Source of the DNA: an uncultured Verrucomicrobiae bacterium
GTDB taxonomy: Bacteria; Verrucomicrobiota; Verrucomicrobiia; Chthoniobacterales; UBA10450
Reading direction: 5' to 3'
Assembly: GCA_963815455.1 (NCBI GenBank)
Contig: CAWFGO010000002.1
Location: forward strand, 288,001-352,000
Length of the DNA stretch: 64,000 bases
Made by a program: the position numbers and the translations under genes
In this document: piece by piece, positions 1-10,003 of the stretch
Layout: the number at the start of each line of letters is the position of its first letter
Position numbering within the stretch: the first letter of the stretch is position 1
Notes under the pieces: generated by a model
Told to the model about the DNA's origin: nothing
Databases searched by the model: none
What the model saw: only the letters and a program-made list of their open reading frames with translations

Positions 1-266
1 ATACATCGTCTCGGCTGATCTGATTTTTTATGTGCTGTTGGTCGCAGCGGTAATGGTTCTTCAGGAAAAACTCGCCGGGCGCGGAACGGCCTTATCGAAC
101 ATGGGGCTATCCAATCGTCCCGATAATCTCCATCGCGCTGGCGGCAGCCTTGATTGTCGATCTTGCCTGGCTCGCTCCGGCGACCTCGGGAATCGGAATC
201 GTCATTGTGCTGACTGGCCTGCCGATTTATCTCATTTGGCGACTTCGGGCAGAGCCCGGCCGTTAA
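1..266 (+). CDS. APC-family amino acid permease, C-terminal part (partial, one frameshift near 60)
   Basis: Manual translation gives YIVSADLIFYVLLVAAVMVL, then PGAERPYRTWGYPIVPIISIALAAALIVDL...GLPIYLIWR. The ERPYRxxGYP motif plus TM helices is typical of APC permease C-termini. Stop TAA at 264-266. Confidence 0.75.
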
Positions 267-1357
267 CGGCTGCGGCCCTTGGCTTCGACGCGATTAAATT
301 TTCCGCTCGTGCGAGCGGCGAGATTCATCAGCATCATACGTTCATCTGCTTTTTCCTTGCCGGTGACGTAATAAATCACGTGGATGCGGGCGCGCTTGGG
401 CAAAGTTTTCTGACCGGCTTCCATCACCTTGAAAATATCCTCGGGCGGAATCGGCGCCAGACCGCCGCCGGGTTGCGAGGCTGTGGCATTGCCGTCAGTG
501 ATCATGTAAATAACTTCGGGCTTCAGCGAGAACGCTTCTTCGAGCGCGTAATCGTGGCGCGTGCCTCCGGGTCGCCCCTTGTTCGGTCTGGCCTTCTTGT
601 AGTCGACTTCGTTTTGGATGTGTTCGATGGCTGCTTTCTTGTTCTCCTCTGTCGCCGGAACCAGCTGCGGTTTCCACGAATAAGCGCCGCCCGACCACCG
701 CACGATGCCGAAGTTCACCGCCGGACTCAGGCTCTGGATCAGCTTGATCGCTTCATCGCGCACCGTCTGGAAATTCTGTTCTTTGCCATGCAGCTCCAAT
801 CCTTTGCCGTATTCCGCGTCGCCGGTGCGAGTGAACATCGAGTCGGAAACATCGATCATGATGACGATATTGCTGCTCACATCCTTGATGCCAAAAAAGT
901 TGATCGATGCTCCACTTCCGGTACCGCCGGCCGAGGCCATCGCCCCCGCAGCCGAGAAACCGGGATTCTGTCCCGCGGCGGCCATCACTGGTGCTTGCGA
1001 AGCAGGATCGACAGGAAGCGCTGGCAACGGTGGCAACTGAACTTTCGACTGGCCGGTCGAGAGCACGCGTTTGGGCACGGCCGGCGGCGCGTTGCTGCTC
1101 TGTAGTTTCTGTTGGACCTGCACGCGATGCTCCAACGCGCGCTCGGCGGGATTCGGCGACTTCGGCCCCGCGGCGAAAGTGAGCTTGCGTCCGGCTACAT
1201 ATTTCGAAACCACCCAGAATGTCGCGCCGAGTCCAAACAACAAATGCACACCGATACTGATCAGCAGAACCCGGCGGCTCATTCGCTTCAACGGTTTGCC
1301 GGGATGCACCGGAGGAGATTCCAATTCGACTGCCACGCGCCAATTTAATCTCGCCAT
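263..1357 (-). CDS. Membrane-anchored von Willebrand factor A (vWA) domain protein
   Basis: N-terminal TM (ISIGVHLLFGLGATFWVV), Pro-rich linker, MIDAS motif DVSDS...GGT...ITDG. Start placed at ATG 1357 rather than 1651. Confidence 0.8.
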   Translation of the reverse strand: MARLNWRVAVELESPPVHPGKPLKRMSRRVLLISIGVHLLFGLGATFWVVSKYVAGRKLTFAAGPKSPNPAERALEHRVQVQQKLQSSNAPPAVPKRVLSTGQSKVQLPPLPALPVDPASQAPVMAAAGQNPGFSAAGAMASAGGTGSGASINFFGIKDVSSNIVIMIDVSDSMFTRTGDAEYGKGLELHGKEQNFQTVRDEAIKLIQSLSPAVNFGIVRWSGGAYSWKPQLVPATEENKKAAIEHIQNEVDYKKARPNKGRPGGTRHDYALEEAFSLKPEVIYMITDGNATASQPGGGLAPIPPEDIFKVMEAGQKTLPKRARIHVIYYVTGKEKADERMMLMNLAARTSGKFNRVEAKGRSR

Positions 1358-1426
1358 ATAGTTTTGCACGAGCACGGAATTTACGTGTGACAAAACCGGA
1401 GCGCTGGTCAGAAACGAAGTATTGGT

Positions 1427-1618
1427 ATGCCTGCAAAATCCAAGAAACAGCAAATGGCCGCCGGGGCGGCGCTCGCTGCCAAGCGCAAGAAACGCTCCAA
1501 GTCTTCGCTCAAGGGCGCTTCGCGGGGAATGTACGAATCGATGAGCAAAAAAGAATTGCGAAAAATGGCCAAGACCAAGCGTAAGGGCAAGCCGACCAGA
1601 AAACGCAAAAAGAAATAA
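1427..1618 (+). CDS. DUF3008-like small basic protein
   Basis: MPAKSKKQQMAAGAALAAKR...LKGASRGMYESMSKKEL matches the DUF3008 consensus as recalled. Confidence 0.85.
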   Translation: MPAKSKKQQMAAGAALAAKRKKRSKSSLKGASRGMYESMSKKELRKMAKTKRKGKPTRKRKKK

Positions 1619-1691
1619 CGGCTGCGGCGACAGGCAATCGGCGCTGATCATTTAGGGTAGCTTTTGCCCGTTCATGCGATAAAACGACGGC

Positions 1692-2486
1692 ATGAGCGAT
1701 CACGTCTCTCCGCCACCGCCACCGGCTTCGTCTCCGCCCCCGATCCCCCCGTCTGGCCATCCACCCACCGCGCCCAGCGCGATCTGCAGCTTTGTTCTTG
1801 GAATTTTCCTGTGCGGCGGGTTGTTCACCGCAATTCCTGCCATCATTTGCGGGCATGTGGGCCGAGGCACGATTCGTCGATCGAATGGCGCGGTTAGCGG
1901 AATGGGCCTGGCTACTGCCGGTTTGGTCCTTGGATATGTCGCGCTCGTGCTAAATCTGATGTTGATCCCCGCAATACTCATTCCCGCGATCGTCAAAGCC
2001 CGTCACGAAGTGCGCGAGCATCGACATCGCTCCAGCATCGACACCAAAGAGGTTGCCTCAGCCTATGGAAAAGCCCGCCTAACCGTTCCGAGTGACTGGA
2101 ACGAGCTAAGAGATTTGAACGATGCAGCCGAACTTCAAACGGGCAACAAGGCGAGCGAACAATACGTTATCGTTCTGTCCGAAAATAAGTCGGATCTCTC
2201 CAATCTCACCCTTCAAAAACATCATCAGCTCACTCGCGACGCGATGTTAGAGAAAATGGGCAATTCTTCCGCCAGCAAAACGGTCGATCTTATTATCGGC
2301 GGACGACCCGCGCTTCAGGATGAAATCAGCGGCACGCAGGAGGGAACCAACATCGTTTTCCTTCATACGACGATCGAGAGCGACGACGGCTATCATCAGG
2401 TGCTGGCCTGGACGACCAAGTCACGGTGGGAACAATACAAGGACAGACTCGAGGAAGTGACCCGCTCTTTCCGCAGCGAAAAATAG
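1692..2486 (+). CDS. DUF4190 membrane protein with C-terminal extracytoplasmic domain
   Basis: Pro-rich N-terminus followed by AICSFVLGI...PAIICGH...I.RS.G...G.GLATAGLVLGY, the DUF4190 pattern. Confidence 0.8.
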   Translation: MSDHVSPPPPPASSPPPIPPSGHPPTAPSAICSFVLGIFLCGGLFTAIPAIICGHVGRGTIRRSNGAVSGMGLATAGLVLGYVALVLNLMLIPAILIPAIVKARHEVREHRHRSSIDTKEVASAYGKARLTVPSDWNELRDLNDAAELQTGNKASEQYVIVLSENKSDLSNLTLQKHHQLTRDAMLEKMGNSSASKTVDLIIGGRPALQDEISGTQEGTNIVFLHTTIESDDGYHQVLAWTTKSRWEQYKDRLEEVTRSFRSEK

Positions 2487-2550
2487 AAAGTCGCGGGCCG
2501 GGCAAATTTTGGCCAGCGCATCGAACCGGTGTCGCACGAATTGATATTGT

Positions 2551-3000
2551 ATGAAGGATCAAAAAATGAGCCGCGAACGGATGGTTGAATTACTCAACGA
2601 AGATTTGGCTCGGGAGTATCAAGCTATCATCGCATACGTGATTTATAGCCAGACCATGAAAGGCGCGGAATACAATCACATCGCCCAGGAACTCGAAACA
2701 CACGCCGGAGAGGAACTCCAGCACGCCATCAAAATCGCCAAACAGATCGATTACTTCAATGGCATGCCCACCAATAAGCCGAGGGAAGTCAAGATGTCCG
2801 ACAAGGCAAAAGACATGCTCAAATTCGACCTGGAAAACGAGCGGCAAACGCTGATCAACTATCGCCAACGTGTCCGCCAGGCTGACGAAATGGGCGAATA
2901 CGCGTTGGGCGAAGTCTTGCGCGAAATCATCGCCCAGGAGCAGGAGCACCTTCAGGATTTGGCCGATGCTCTCGGGATCGATACGCCCAAGATCGAATAG
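2551..3000 (+). CDS. Ferritin-like / bacterioferritin-family protein
   Basis: LNEDLAREYQAI, EELQHA, DLENE and QEQEH di-iron ligand pattern. Confidence 0.88.
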   Translation: MKDQKMSRERMVELLNEDLAREYQAIIAYVIYSQTMKGAEYNHIAQELETHAGEELQHAIKIAKQIDYFNGMPTNKPREVKMSDKAKDMLKFDLENERQTLINYRQRVRQADEMGEYALGEVLREIIAQEQEHLQDLADALGIDTPKIE

Positions 3001-3050
3001 TGAAATGTTTGATGTTTGCCGCGCCATGTTTGATGTAGTCAGACATAGGC

Positions 3051-3788
3051 ATGCATCGTTTTTACATCGCGCCTGAAAACTGGAATCCGGACGCGCTGTC
3101 CCTGCGCGGAACCGAGGCGCATCACGCCCGGGATGTGTTACGGCTGAAGACCGATGACAGACTCGTTGTATTCAACGGGCGCGGCCGCGAGATCACGGCA
3201 GCGGTCACCAACGTTGCCAGAGGCGAAATTCTGCTGCGGAAACTAAATGAAACCGAAACCCCGCCGCTTCGTTGCTCTATTGTTCTGGGCCAGGCGATTC
3301 CAAAAGGCAAGAACATGGAACTGATCGTGCAGAAAGCGGTCGAGATCGGCGCCGCGGAAATTTTCCCGATCATATCCGAGCGAACGATTGTCGATCTTGA
3401 TTTCGCCGCCGCCGAGCAGAAACAGTCCAAATGGCAGACGATTGCGATCGAGGCGGCCAAGCAATGCGGACAAAACTGGCTGCCGCAGGTTCACGCGCCG
3501 CAGAAGCTCAAGGATTTTTTCGGGCACGCTCGGCCATTCGATCTTCGCTTGATCGGCTCGCTTCAACCCGGGGCGCTGCATTTGAAAACAATTATCGCCG
3601 ATTCCTCAGGCGAACGGCGTCCCGAAAGCGTCCTCATGCTCGTCGGTCCGGAAGGCGATTTCACGCCGGCGGAGCTGGCCCTGGCCCGCAGTCACGGTTG
3701 CCTGCCGATCACGCTTGGCCCGATCGTTCTTCGGGTCGAGACCGCCGCGATCTATTGCCTGAGCGTGCTCTCCTACGAGTTGTTCTGA
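3051..3788 (+). CDS. rsmE: 16S rRNA m3U1498 methyltransferase
   Basis: HHARDVLRL, QKAVEIG, EAAKQCG, VGPEGDF and LGPIVLRVETA motifs. Confidence 0.95.
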   Translation: MHRFYIAPENWNPDALSLRGTEAHHARDVLRLKTDDRLVVFNGRGREITAAVTNVARGEILLRKLNETETPPLRCSIVLGQAIPKGKNMELIVQKAVEIGAAEIFPIISERTIVDLDFAAAEQKQSKWQTIAIEAAKQCGQNWLPQVHAPQKLKDFFGHARPFDLRLIGSLQPGALHLKTIIADSSGERRPESVLMLVGPEGDFTPAELALARSHGCLPITLGPIVLRVETAAIYCLSVLSYELF

Positions 3789-3888
3789 ACTTTTTTGCGC
3801 CGCTTCACCTTCGACAGGATTGCGTACAAAAACGAACCGCGACTGCGAATTGAAACCGCAGCGCGGTCCGTAACTAACTTTCGCCGAT

Positions 3889-4077
3889 TTACGTCACGGG
3901 CGGTCCTTGAGGCGGATCGATCGTTCCGCCGCCGCCTTTGGTAGCGCCGCCGCCCTTGGTATCGCCGCCGCCTTTCATATCACCCGCGACGGCTCTCCGA
4001 CCACCTGTTACATCCTTTTCCGCAGGCAAATCGCGGAATGGTTTTTCCGTTCTCTCTTCTTTGTTTTCTTCGCTCAT
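3889..4077 (-). CDS. 62-aa peptide with a leader-like DLPAEKDVTGG segment and Gly-rich repeats
   Basis: ATG start with a purine-rich upstream region (GAAAGGAAAAA on minus). Charged N-terminus, double glycine, then (GxxKGG)x3. Confidence 0.6.
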   Translation of the reverse strand: MSEENKEERTEKPFRDLPAEKDVTGGRRAVAGDMKGGGDTKGGGATKGGGGTIDPPQGPPVT

Positions 4078-4261
4078 GTTTATTTTTCCTTTCGGTTCTC
4101 ATTGCATGGTTTCACGCAATCAATGCTTTTCTAACCAATCGCATCCCGCATGGCGAGCCTTTTTTTTGACACGTTTGTTTTCCTCCATCCCCGGCCGCGC
4201 ACCGCTCAGCGCATTTTTTTATGGCGCAACGTTTTGCCTTGCCGGTTAATGATTTTGCACA

Positions 4262-5044
4262 TTGAAAGCCTCTTCCATACTTGCCCTCCTCGCTTTGGGG
4301 TGCCTATGGGCCGGATGCAGGCCGCCGAAGAACCGTGTACTCGAACAAACAATCGAACAAACCTACCCCATCGATCCGGCGGCAAACATCAGCATCCGTA
4401 ATGGAGATGGATCGATTCGCGTTTTGGGTTCGGACACCCGAGAGCTGAAATTGGAGGCAATCAAAAAGGCCTATTCCAGGAAGCAGCTCGACAAAATAAC
4501 GATCAGAGTTTCCGCGCAGCCGGCTTCCATCGCTGTCGAAACAATCTTTCCACCGAAGGCGGATTGGGATCTTTCCGATCGCTCCGGCACAGTCGATTAC
4601 ACTCTGCTCGTGCCGCAGACGGCCACGATCGCGCGCGTGGAGTCATCGAATGGCATCATCACAATCGAAGGAATGCAGGGAGCCCGCACGCACGCCCGGC
4701 TCGAAAATGGACGGCTCTTGGTCCGAAACAGTTTTGGCAATCTTAATGTGACCGTCGGCCGCGGCGTATTGACCTTGATCTACGATCGGTGGCAACGGAA
4801 CGCATTTTCTGTCGATGCGACGATTACGCATGGAAACGCGGCGGTTTTCATTCCCGGCGATGCGCCGTTCCATCTCGTGGCCGAATCAGGAACCGGAAAA
4901 ATCAGCAACGACTTTGCCGGGACAGACGAGCGCGACAGCGATGAGACGAAAAAGATCGACAGGGTCATCGGCCAGGGTGCGACGGCCACGATCGGGATTC
5001 ACGCAATCGATGGAAATATTCAGATCTCCGAGCAGAATCCTTGA
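4262..5044 (+). CDS. DUF4097 (beta-strand repeat) lipoprotein
   Basis: Lipobox-like WAGC. Repeated NGDGSIRV / SSNGIITI / SGTGKIS / AIDGNIQI motifs. Confidence 0.8.
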   Translation: MKASSILALLALGCLWAGCRPPKNRVLEQTIEQTYPIDPAANISIRNGDGSIRVLGSDTRELKLEAIKKAYSRKQLDKITIRVSAQPASIAVETIFPPKADWDLSDRSGTVDYTLLVPQTATIARVESSNGIITIEGMQGARTHARLENGRLLVRNSFGNLNVTVGRGVLTLIYDRWQRNAFSVDATITHGNAAVFIPGDAPFHLVAESGTGKISNDFAGTDERDSDETKKIDRVIGQGATATIGIHAIDGNIQISEQNP

Positions 5045-5086
5045 TTGATCAATCGACCATCGACATTCTAAGATCCGAAAAATCAG

Positions 5087-5572
5087 ATGCCCTCATTCGA
5101 TATTGTTTCCGAAGTGGACAAACAGGAGCTGGACAACGCCCTGAATCAGGCGCGCAAAGAGCTGGCTGCGCGTTTCGATTTCAAAGGCGCGCAGACGGAA
5201 ATCATTCACGAAAAAGAAAAGATCATTTTGACTGCCGATGACGCGTCGCACTTGAAAGGCTTGCGCGAAATTGTCATTGGAAAGTTCTCCAAGCGCGGTG
5301 TCGATCTTCGCAACATCGAGCAGGTCGACCCAGAGATTTCATCGATGGGGCATGCCCGGCAGGAATTGAAAATTCGGCAGGGACTCGAGGGCAATAAAGC
5401 GAAGGAGATTATTCAGGCGATCAAAGCGGAGGGATTCAAGGTCCAGAGCCAGTTGCAGGACATGCAAATCCGCGTCAGCGGAAAAAAGAGGGACGACTTG
5501 CAGGCGGTGATTCAATTTGTGAAGAGCAAAGATTTCGGCGTGGCAACGTATTTCAAGAATTTCCGGGACTGA
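5087..5572 (+). CDS. yajQ: YajQ-family nucleotide/c-di-GMP-binding protein
   Basis: MPSFDIVSEVD...RFDFKG...RVSGKKRDDLQ...NFRD. Confidence 0.95.
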   Translation: MPSFDIVSEVDKQELDNALNQARKELAARFDFKGAQTEIIHEKEKIILTADDASHLKGLREIVIGKFSKRGVDLRNIEQVDPEISSMGHARQELKIRQGLEGNKAKEIIQAIKAEGFKVQSQLQDMQIRVSGKKRDDLQAVIQFVKSKDFGVATYFKNFRD

Positions 5573-5590
5573 AATCAACGAGAGGCCGAG

Positions 5591-5655
5591 TGGAGAGACG
5601 AGCTCCGTCTCGACGGCATTATATTGGGACGGCAACGGGAGCGCCGATCCCTCCA
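5591..5655. repeat. REP-like palindromic doublet between convergent genes
   Basis: TGGAGAGACGAGCTCCGTCTCG ... GGAGCGCCGATCCCTCCA, with inverted TGGAG/CTCCA ends. Confidence 0.6.
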
Positions 5656-5663
5656 TGATGGCC

Positions 5664-5909
5664 TTATCCGCCTTGCACAGGCGGCATGATTGCGATCTCG
5701 TCGCTGTCGCGGAGTTTGTAATCACGGCCGACAAATTCCAGGCCCACTCCGGTCAGGATCGTCTTGTCGTGGACGCGCAACGCCGGCGTTTGGGCGTAGA
5801 TCTGTTGGAGCAAATGGCGAACGGTTGATTCTTCGGCAACATCGACATCGCGCTCGCTGGTCCCGGCCAGGTCGCGGAGTTGCGCGTAAAACTGCACTCG
5901 AATTTTCAT
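5664..5909 (-). CDS. moaD: MoaD/ThiS-family sulfur carrier
   Basis: MKIRVQFYAQLRDLAG...DEIAIMPPVQGG, ending in C-terminal GG. Confidence 0.88.
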   Translation of the reverse strand: MKIRVQFYAQLRDLAGTSERDVDVAEESTVRHLLQQIYAQTPALRVHDKTILTGVGLEFVGRDYKLRDSDEIAIMPPVQGG

Positions 5910-5931
5910 CAAACGCTCAGAGGCTCTCGCC

Positions 5932-6609
5932 TCACGAGCGGCGGCGACGCAACCAGAGCAATGGGCCAAAGAGCGTCAGTAACACGAAAGACGAGGGTTC
6001 GGGAACCACTGCGTAAGTGATCGAGCCGGTTAAACCCCGAGGGGCAAACCACGATCCCGTCGGAGTAAACGGGACGGAGCGCGAATCGCCGGTAGTCAGG
6101 GTAAGATTCGAATCCGAAAACATTTGATAAGGACCGCTGCCGGTGCCGAAATATCGCGGACCGGCGCCGGTAAATAGCACCGCCACACCAACCGTGGCAA
6201 AAGGATCGACATTGATCGCCGGAATATCAATCGGCAGCGAGATTCCACTCGAGGTTGGGCCTTGCGTCGCCATTGCAGTACCGAGCGAGGTCCAGCCATC
6301 CGGTGAACTGCCCGGTCCGCCGGTCACTGGCCCGCCTAACGCGGTACCGGTGCGCGTAAAGATCTCGATCGAGAAAGGCGCATTTGCCGCGGCGGTGCTT
6401 GCCGTCGTCATGCTGGTCACCGACACGGGCATCGTGTTCGCGGTCAGGTCGAAGAAAATGGCCCAGCCCGGCGAGCCGCCGTTGTTTGCCGTGGCATTTG
6501 CATTAATGATGTCCGCCGAGGCCGGCGACTGGCACAGGATTAGCGCAAACAGGAAAAGGACCGCGCGAGCGGTCCCCGAAAATCCGAAGGACGAAAGCTT
6601 CGCACTCAT
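5932..6609 (-). CDS. PEP-CTERM sorting-domain protein
   Basis: Signal peptide and a C-terminal VPEPSS + TM + RRRRS. Confidence 0.92.
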   Translation of the reverse strand: MSAKLSSFGFSGTARAVLFLFALILCQSPASADIINANATANNGGSPGWAIFFDLTANTMPVSVTSMTTASTAAANAPFSIEIFTRTGTALGGPVTGGPGSSPDGWTSLGTAMATQGPTSSGISLPIDIPAINVDPFATVGVAVLFTGAGPRYFGTGSGPYQMFSDSNLTLTTGDSRSVPFTPTGSWFAPRGLTGSITYAVVPEPSSFVLLTLFGPLLWLRRRRS

Positions 6610-6723
6610 AGACAGATCACACTAGCCTCCAAATCAAAAGTCAACAAAAAAATCGAATCTGTTATCCAGCTGAAAATCTGATCGAAAAATGGAATGACTG
6701 GGGCCCATCGCGGCGATCGCGCT

Positions 6724-7278
6724 TCATCCCATCGATTGCGCGATCAGATCTTTTCGCAGGACGCCGATGTAAGGAAGGTTGCGATACTGCTCCATAAAAT
6801 CGAGCCCGTAACCGACTACGAATTCGTCCTCGATCTCGAATCCGATGTAATCCGCGTCTACTCGGCGTTCGCGCTGCTTCTTTTTACTGAGCAAGACACA
6901 GACGCGAATGCTTTGCGGACCGACCGCTTCCAGTTTTTCTCGAATGGCGGCGAGAGTATGGCCGCTATCGAGGATGTCGTCGAGGATGAGAATATGCCGG
7001 TCTTTCACATCCGGGAGCGCGACCTGCTTGAAAATCACTTCACCGGTGGTCTGCGTTTTTCCGTGATAACTCGCCACCGCGAGAAAATCGAGTTTCAACG
7101 GCAGCGGAATCCGGCGAAGCAAATCGGCCATGAACATCAGGCTTCCGGTCAGGACGGCGATGACCGTGAGCTCACGACCGCGATAATCCTTCGAAATCTG
7201 CGCGGCTAATTCATCCAGCCGGCTGAGAATCGTCGTCTCATGAAATAAAATGCGATCGAGATCGTCTTGCATCGACAA
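6724..7278 (-). CDS. hpt: Hypoxanthine phosphoribosyltransferase
   Basis: ILDDILDSGHTL PRPP-binding motif and FVVGYGLD...YRNLPYIG. Confidence 0.96.
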   Translation of the reverse strand: MSMQDDLDRILFHETTILSRLDELAAQISKDYRGRELTVIAVLTGSLMFMADLLRRIPLPLKLDFLAVASYHGKTQTTGEVIFKQVALPDVKDRHILILDDILDSGHTLAAIREKLEAVGPQSIRVCVLLSKKKQRERRVDADYIGFEIEDEFVVGYGLDFMEQYRNLPYIGVLRKDLIAQSMG

Positions 7279-7354
7279 CTCACTACTCCATTGCTACACG
7301 AAAAGATCAACTCCTGGAGAGTCTCTGAGCTAATTTTGCAATCCAATCACATTC

Positions 7355-7771
7355 ATGCGCGTAAGACACGACACCCTCGAAATTGCGACCAAAGGCAAGG
7401 GCACGCACGAGATCACGGCCGAAATTCAAGAGAAGATCGACAAGGCGGGTGTGCGTAATGGAACCGTCACCGTGTTCGTTCAGCACACGAGTTGCAGCCT
7501 GACCACGATGGAAAATGCGGCGCCCGCGGCTCGACGCGATGTGGAACGATTTTTCGACAAACTTGTGCCCGAGGATGCGAACTACGAGCATGATGACGAA
7601 GGCCCGGACGACATGCCTTCGCACATTCGCATGGTGCTAACCCGGACCAGCGAAACCGTCCCGGTTGTCGATGGTAAAATGCAGCTTGGCACCTGGCAGG
7701 GAATTTTCTTGTTCGAGCATCGGCGCGCGCCGCACCGAAGGAAAATTTCCATTACGATCATCGGTGAATAA
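7355..7771 (+). CDS. yjbQ: YjbQ (UPF0047) family protein
   Basis: HTSCSL..ENA, H..EGPDDMPSHI and LGTWQGIFLFEHR motifs. Confidence 0.93.
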   Translation: MRVRHDTLEIATKGKGTHEITAEIQEKIDKAGVRNGTVTVFVQHTSCSLTTMENAAPAARRDVERFFDKLVPEDANYEHDDEGPDDMPSHIRMVLTRTSETVPVVDGKMQLGTWQGIFLFEHRRAPHRRKISITIIGE

Positions 7772-7772
7772 T

Positions 7773-7849
7773 CTGTAGCCATGGCCCTGTGGGCCGTCTC
7801 CGCCGAGCGAAGGTACCGGAAAAGACCGGCCACGGGCCGGTGGCTACAG
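7773..7849. repeat. GTAG-type REP doublet
   Basis: CTGTAGCCATGGCCCTGTGGGCC ... GACCGGCCACGGGCCGGTGGCTACAG, with inverted ends. Confidence 0.8.
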
Positions 7850-9821
7850 CTATTGAATCACGAACGCCGCCGACGCCGTGGCGCTGTTGGTGTAACCGGT
7901 CCTAACGGCGATTGCCTTGATCACCGTCGTCGAGCCTCTGGTCTTTACTTTGATTGCCTTCTTGTAGCGCTTCGAGCTCGTCGTGGGATTACTTCCATCC
8001 TTGGTAAAGTAAATCTTTGCGCCCGACGTGGTCGTGCTGAGGCGAACGGTCACGTTTTTCGTGAAGGTCCCCCCGTTCGGCGAGATGATCGGGGTCGCGA
8101 CAATCGGCGGGGTTGGACTTGGAGTTGGTGTAGCAGTCGGGTTCGGAGTCGGGGTCGGAGTCGGAGTCGGAGTCGGAGTCGGGGTGGGGGTGTGGAGTGG
8201 GAGTAGGAGTGGGAGCTATGGTTGGCGTCGGAGTGGGAGTGGGCGAAGTGAAGAGGCCGAACACCCCCACCCCTTCCTTGGTCCCTACAAAGACCTTGCC
8301 GTTGGCAATTGTCGGCACGACAAACTTGTTGCCTGTGCCGAAGCGATCACGCCCGTTAGGCGCTTGTTCGCTGTTGTAAAGCTCGATCGCAAGGTTCGCT
8401 GCGTTGTACGCGCGCAACACCGCCGGCACTGTTGCGTTGGTGTGCTCGACCCAGACGATGCCGTTGGCAGTTCCATCGGCCGAAACGCTTGGCGTCGTGC
8501 CGGGGTAAGAAAAAACGACCGAACTTTGTGATGCCGGCGCGGCTTCCAGTCGCGCATCGACGAAACGAAATGCTTCTAGCCGATCGCCGTTGGCTCCGAT
8601 AAAGAGGGTGCCGTTAAAATAAGCCGGCGTCGCCCACATGCCGTGAGCGAGTGCCCCCGTCACGTCCTGATACAGATTCGCATTCGAAACCGCGCTAAAT
8701 TTTCCCATGTTATCGCGATCGGCGATATAAATATGAGCATCCTTTCCGGCCCCGACCGCGAGATGTCGGGTCGCGCCGGAGGCATCAGTCATGTCGGGGA
8801 GAACCACGAGACCGCCGGAACCAAGATCGAGATCCTGAGCTGTCTCGGAAGCGGTGTTGAACATCGTCCAATAATCCACCACCTGGAGTGAGTTGTTAGC
8901 GGTCGAGAGTTTCACGAAGCAATTGCCGAAGTCGGCGCGATTGGGAAATCCGTTCGCGTCGAGATTCGTTTCGAAAGTCCCGTCACCGGTAAGCGCGAAA
9001 ATATTGCCGGCGGCATCGACAGCCGGCGCGGCGCCCGCGCTCCAGATTGCGCCATGAGTGCCGTTCGGCGTGAGATTGAGGACGCGGACGCGGGCCAACG
9101 TGTTCTGGTCGTAACCGATTACCCAGCTGGTGTAAGGCCGGATATCGCAATGCGAAGCCCACGTCGTATAGATAATTCCGTTGCTCAGCAACAGCCCGGC
9201 GCGCTCCTTGTATTGTGCCGGGTCGAAAACAACATTTCCGCCTACGCTGTTGTCACCGGTCCCCGGATAGGTCGCGGCAACATCGATTGGCCCGCCGAGC
9301 TGCTCTGCGCCCGTAGCCAGGTCGAGAGCATGTAGCCGTTGGAAATAATTCGCGCCGTTCCGGCTTATCGCGACAACATAGATCGTTCCATGCTGCCCGA
9401 CGCCACGATCGATCACCGGCGTTCCCGTAATTCCGATTTCGGGAGTGATTTGCGACGGGCAACCGCGATTATCGGAGAGCGATTCGCCCGGCCCCAGGAG
9501 CGAGACCTGCCAGAGCACAGCGCCGTCGTCAGCGTCGCAGGCATAGACCGTGTCATGCTCGGTCGCGATGTAGACCACGTTATGGGTCCCCTTCCCGGGA
9601 ATGCCGAGATCGGAAACATACAGAGGCTGCGCATATACCTGACCGTCGGTCGGAATAACAAAAAGTTTTCCGAATTCACTGAAGTTAACGTTTGATGGCT
9701 TGAGGATCGTTTCGCTCAGGTTCTGCCCGGTCCGGGCGAGGTCGTTATGCCACGTAAGCACGTCCGTCGCGAAAGCTGGCCGCGCCAGAACCGCCGCGAC
9801 CAGAATCGGAATGAATTTCAT
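7850..9821 (-). CDS. Secreted PQQ-like beta-propeller protein with PT linker and C-terminal chitobiase/FN3-associated domain (frameshift in the PT repeat near 8190)
   Basis: Signal peptide, DVLTWHNDLARTGQN, DGQVYAQPLYV and PEIGITGTPVID. ORF 7850..8053 (IYFTKDGSNPT...IKAIA) continues the protein after the PT tract. Confidence 0.8.
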
Positions 9822-9955
9822 GGACGAAAATTTCGGCGATTCCGGGGGGAACACACGGGTGTTCTAGCAGCTGAACTGCCAACAGGCAACCGCGAGTGGG
9901 CAGGATCGCATCCATCGGGCGCGCCAAGCCCTTTCGAGTTGCCACGCCGCACCGA

Positions 9956-9980
9956 GCCGGGGTCATCGACCCCGGCTACA
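9956..9980. repeat. Single GTAG-type REP
   Basis: GCCGGGGTCATCGACCCCGGCTACA, a hairpin followed by CTACA. Confidence 0.75.
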
Positions 9981-10003
9981 GCGGGAAACCAGGCTCGGCT
10001 TCG

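Noticed and set aside
32..1105. 357-aa plus-strand ORF and the many other overlapping ORFs in the track
   Set aside because: They are antisense or off-frame shadows of well-supported genes in GC-rich DNA and carry no recognisable motifs.
8130..8245. SD-repeat (Ser-Asp) adhesin tract or phase-variable repeat
   Set aside because: It is the out-of-frame reading of a Pro-Thr linker after an indel, and there is no evidence of programmed variation.
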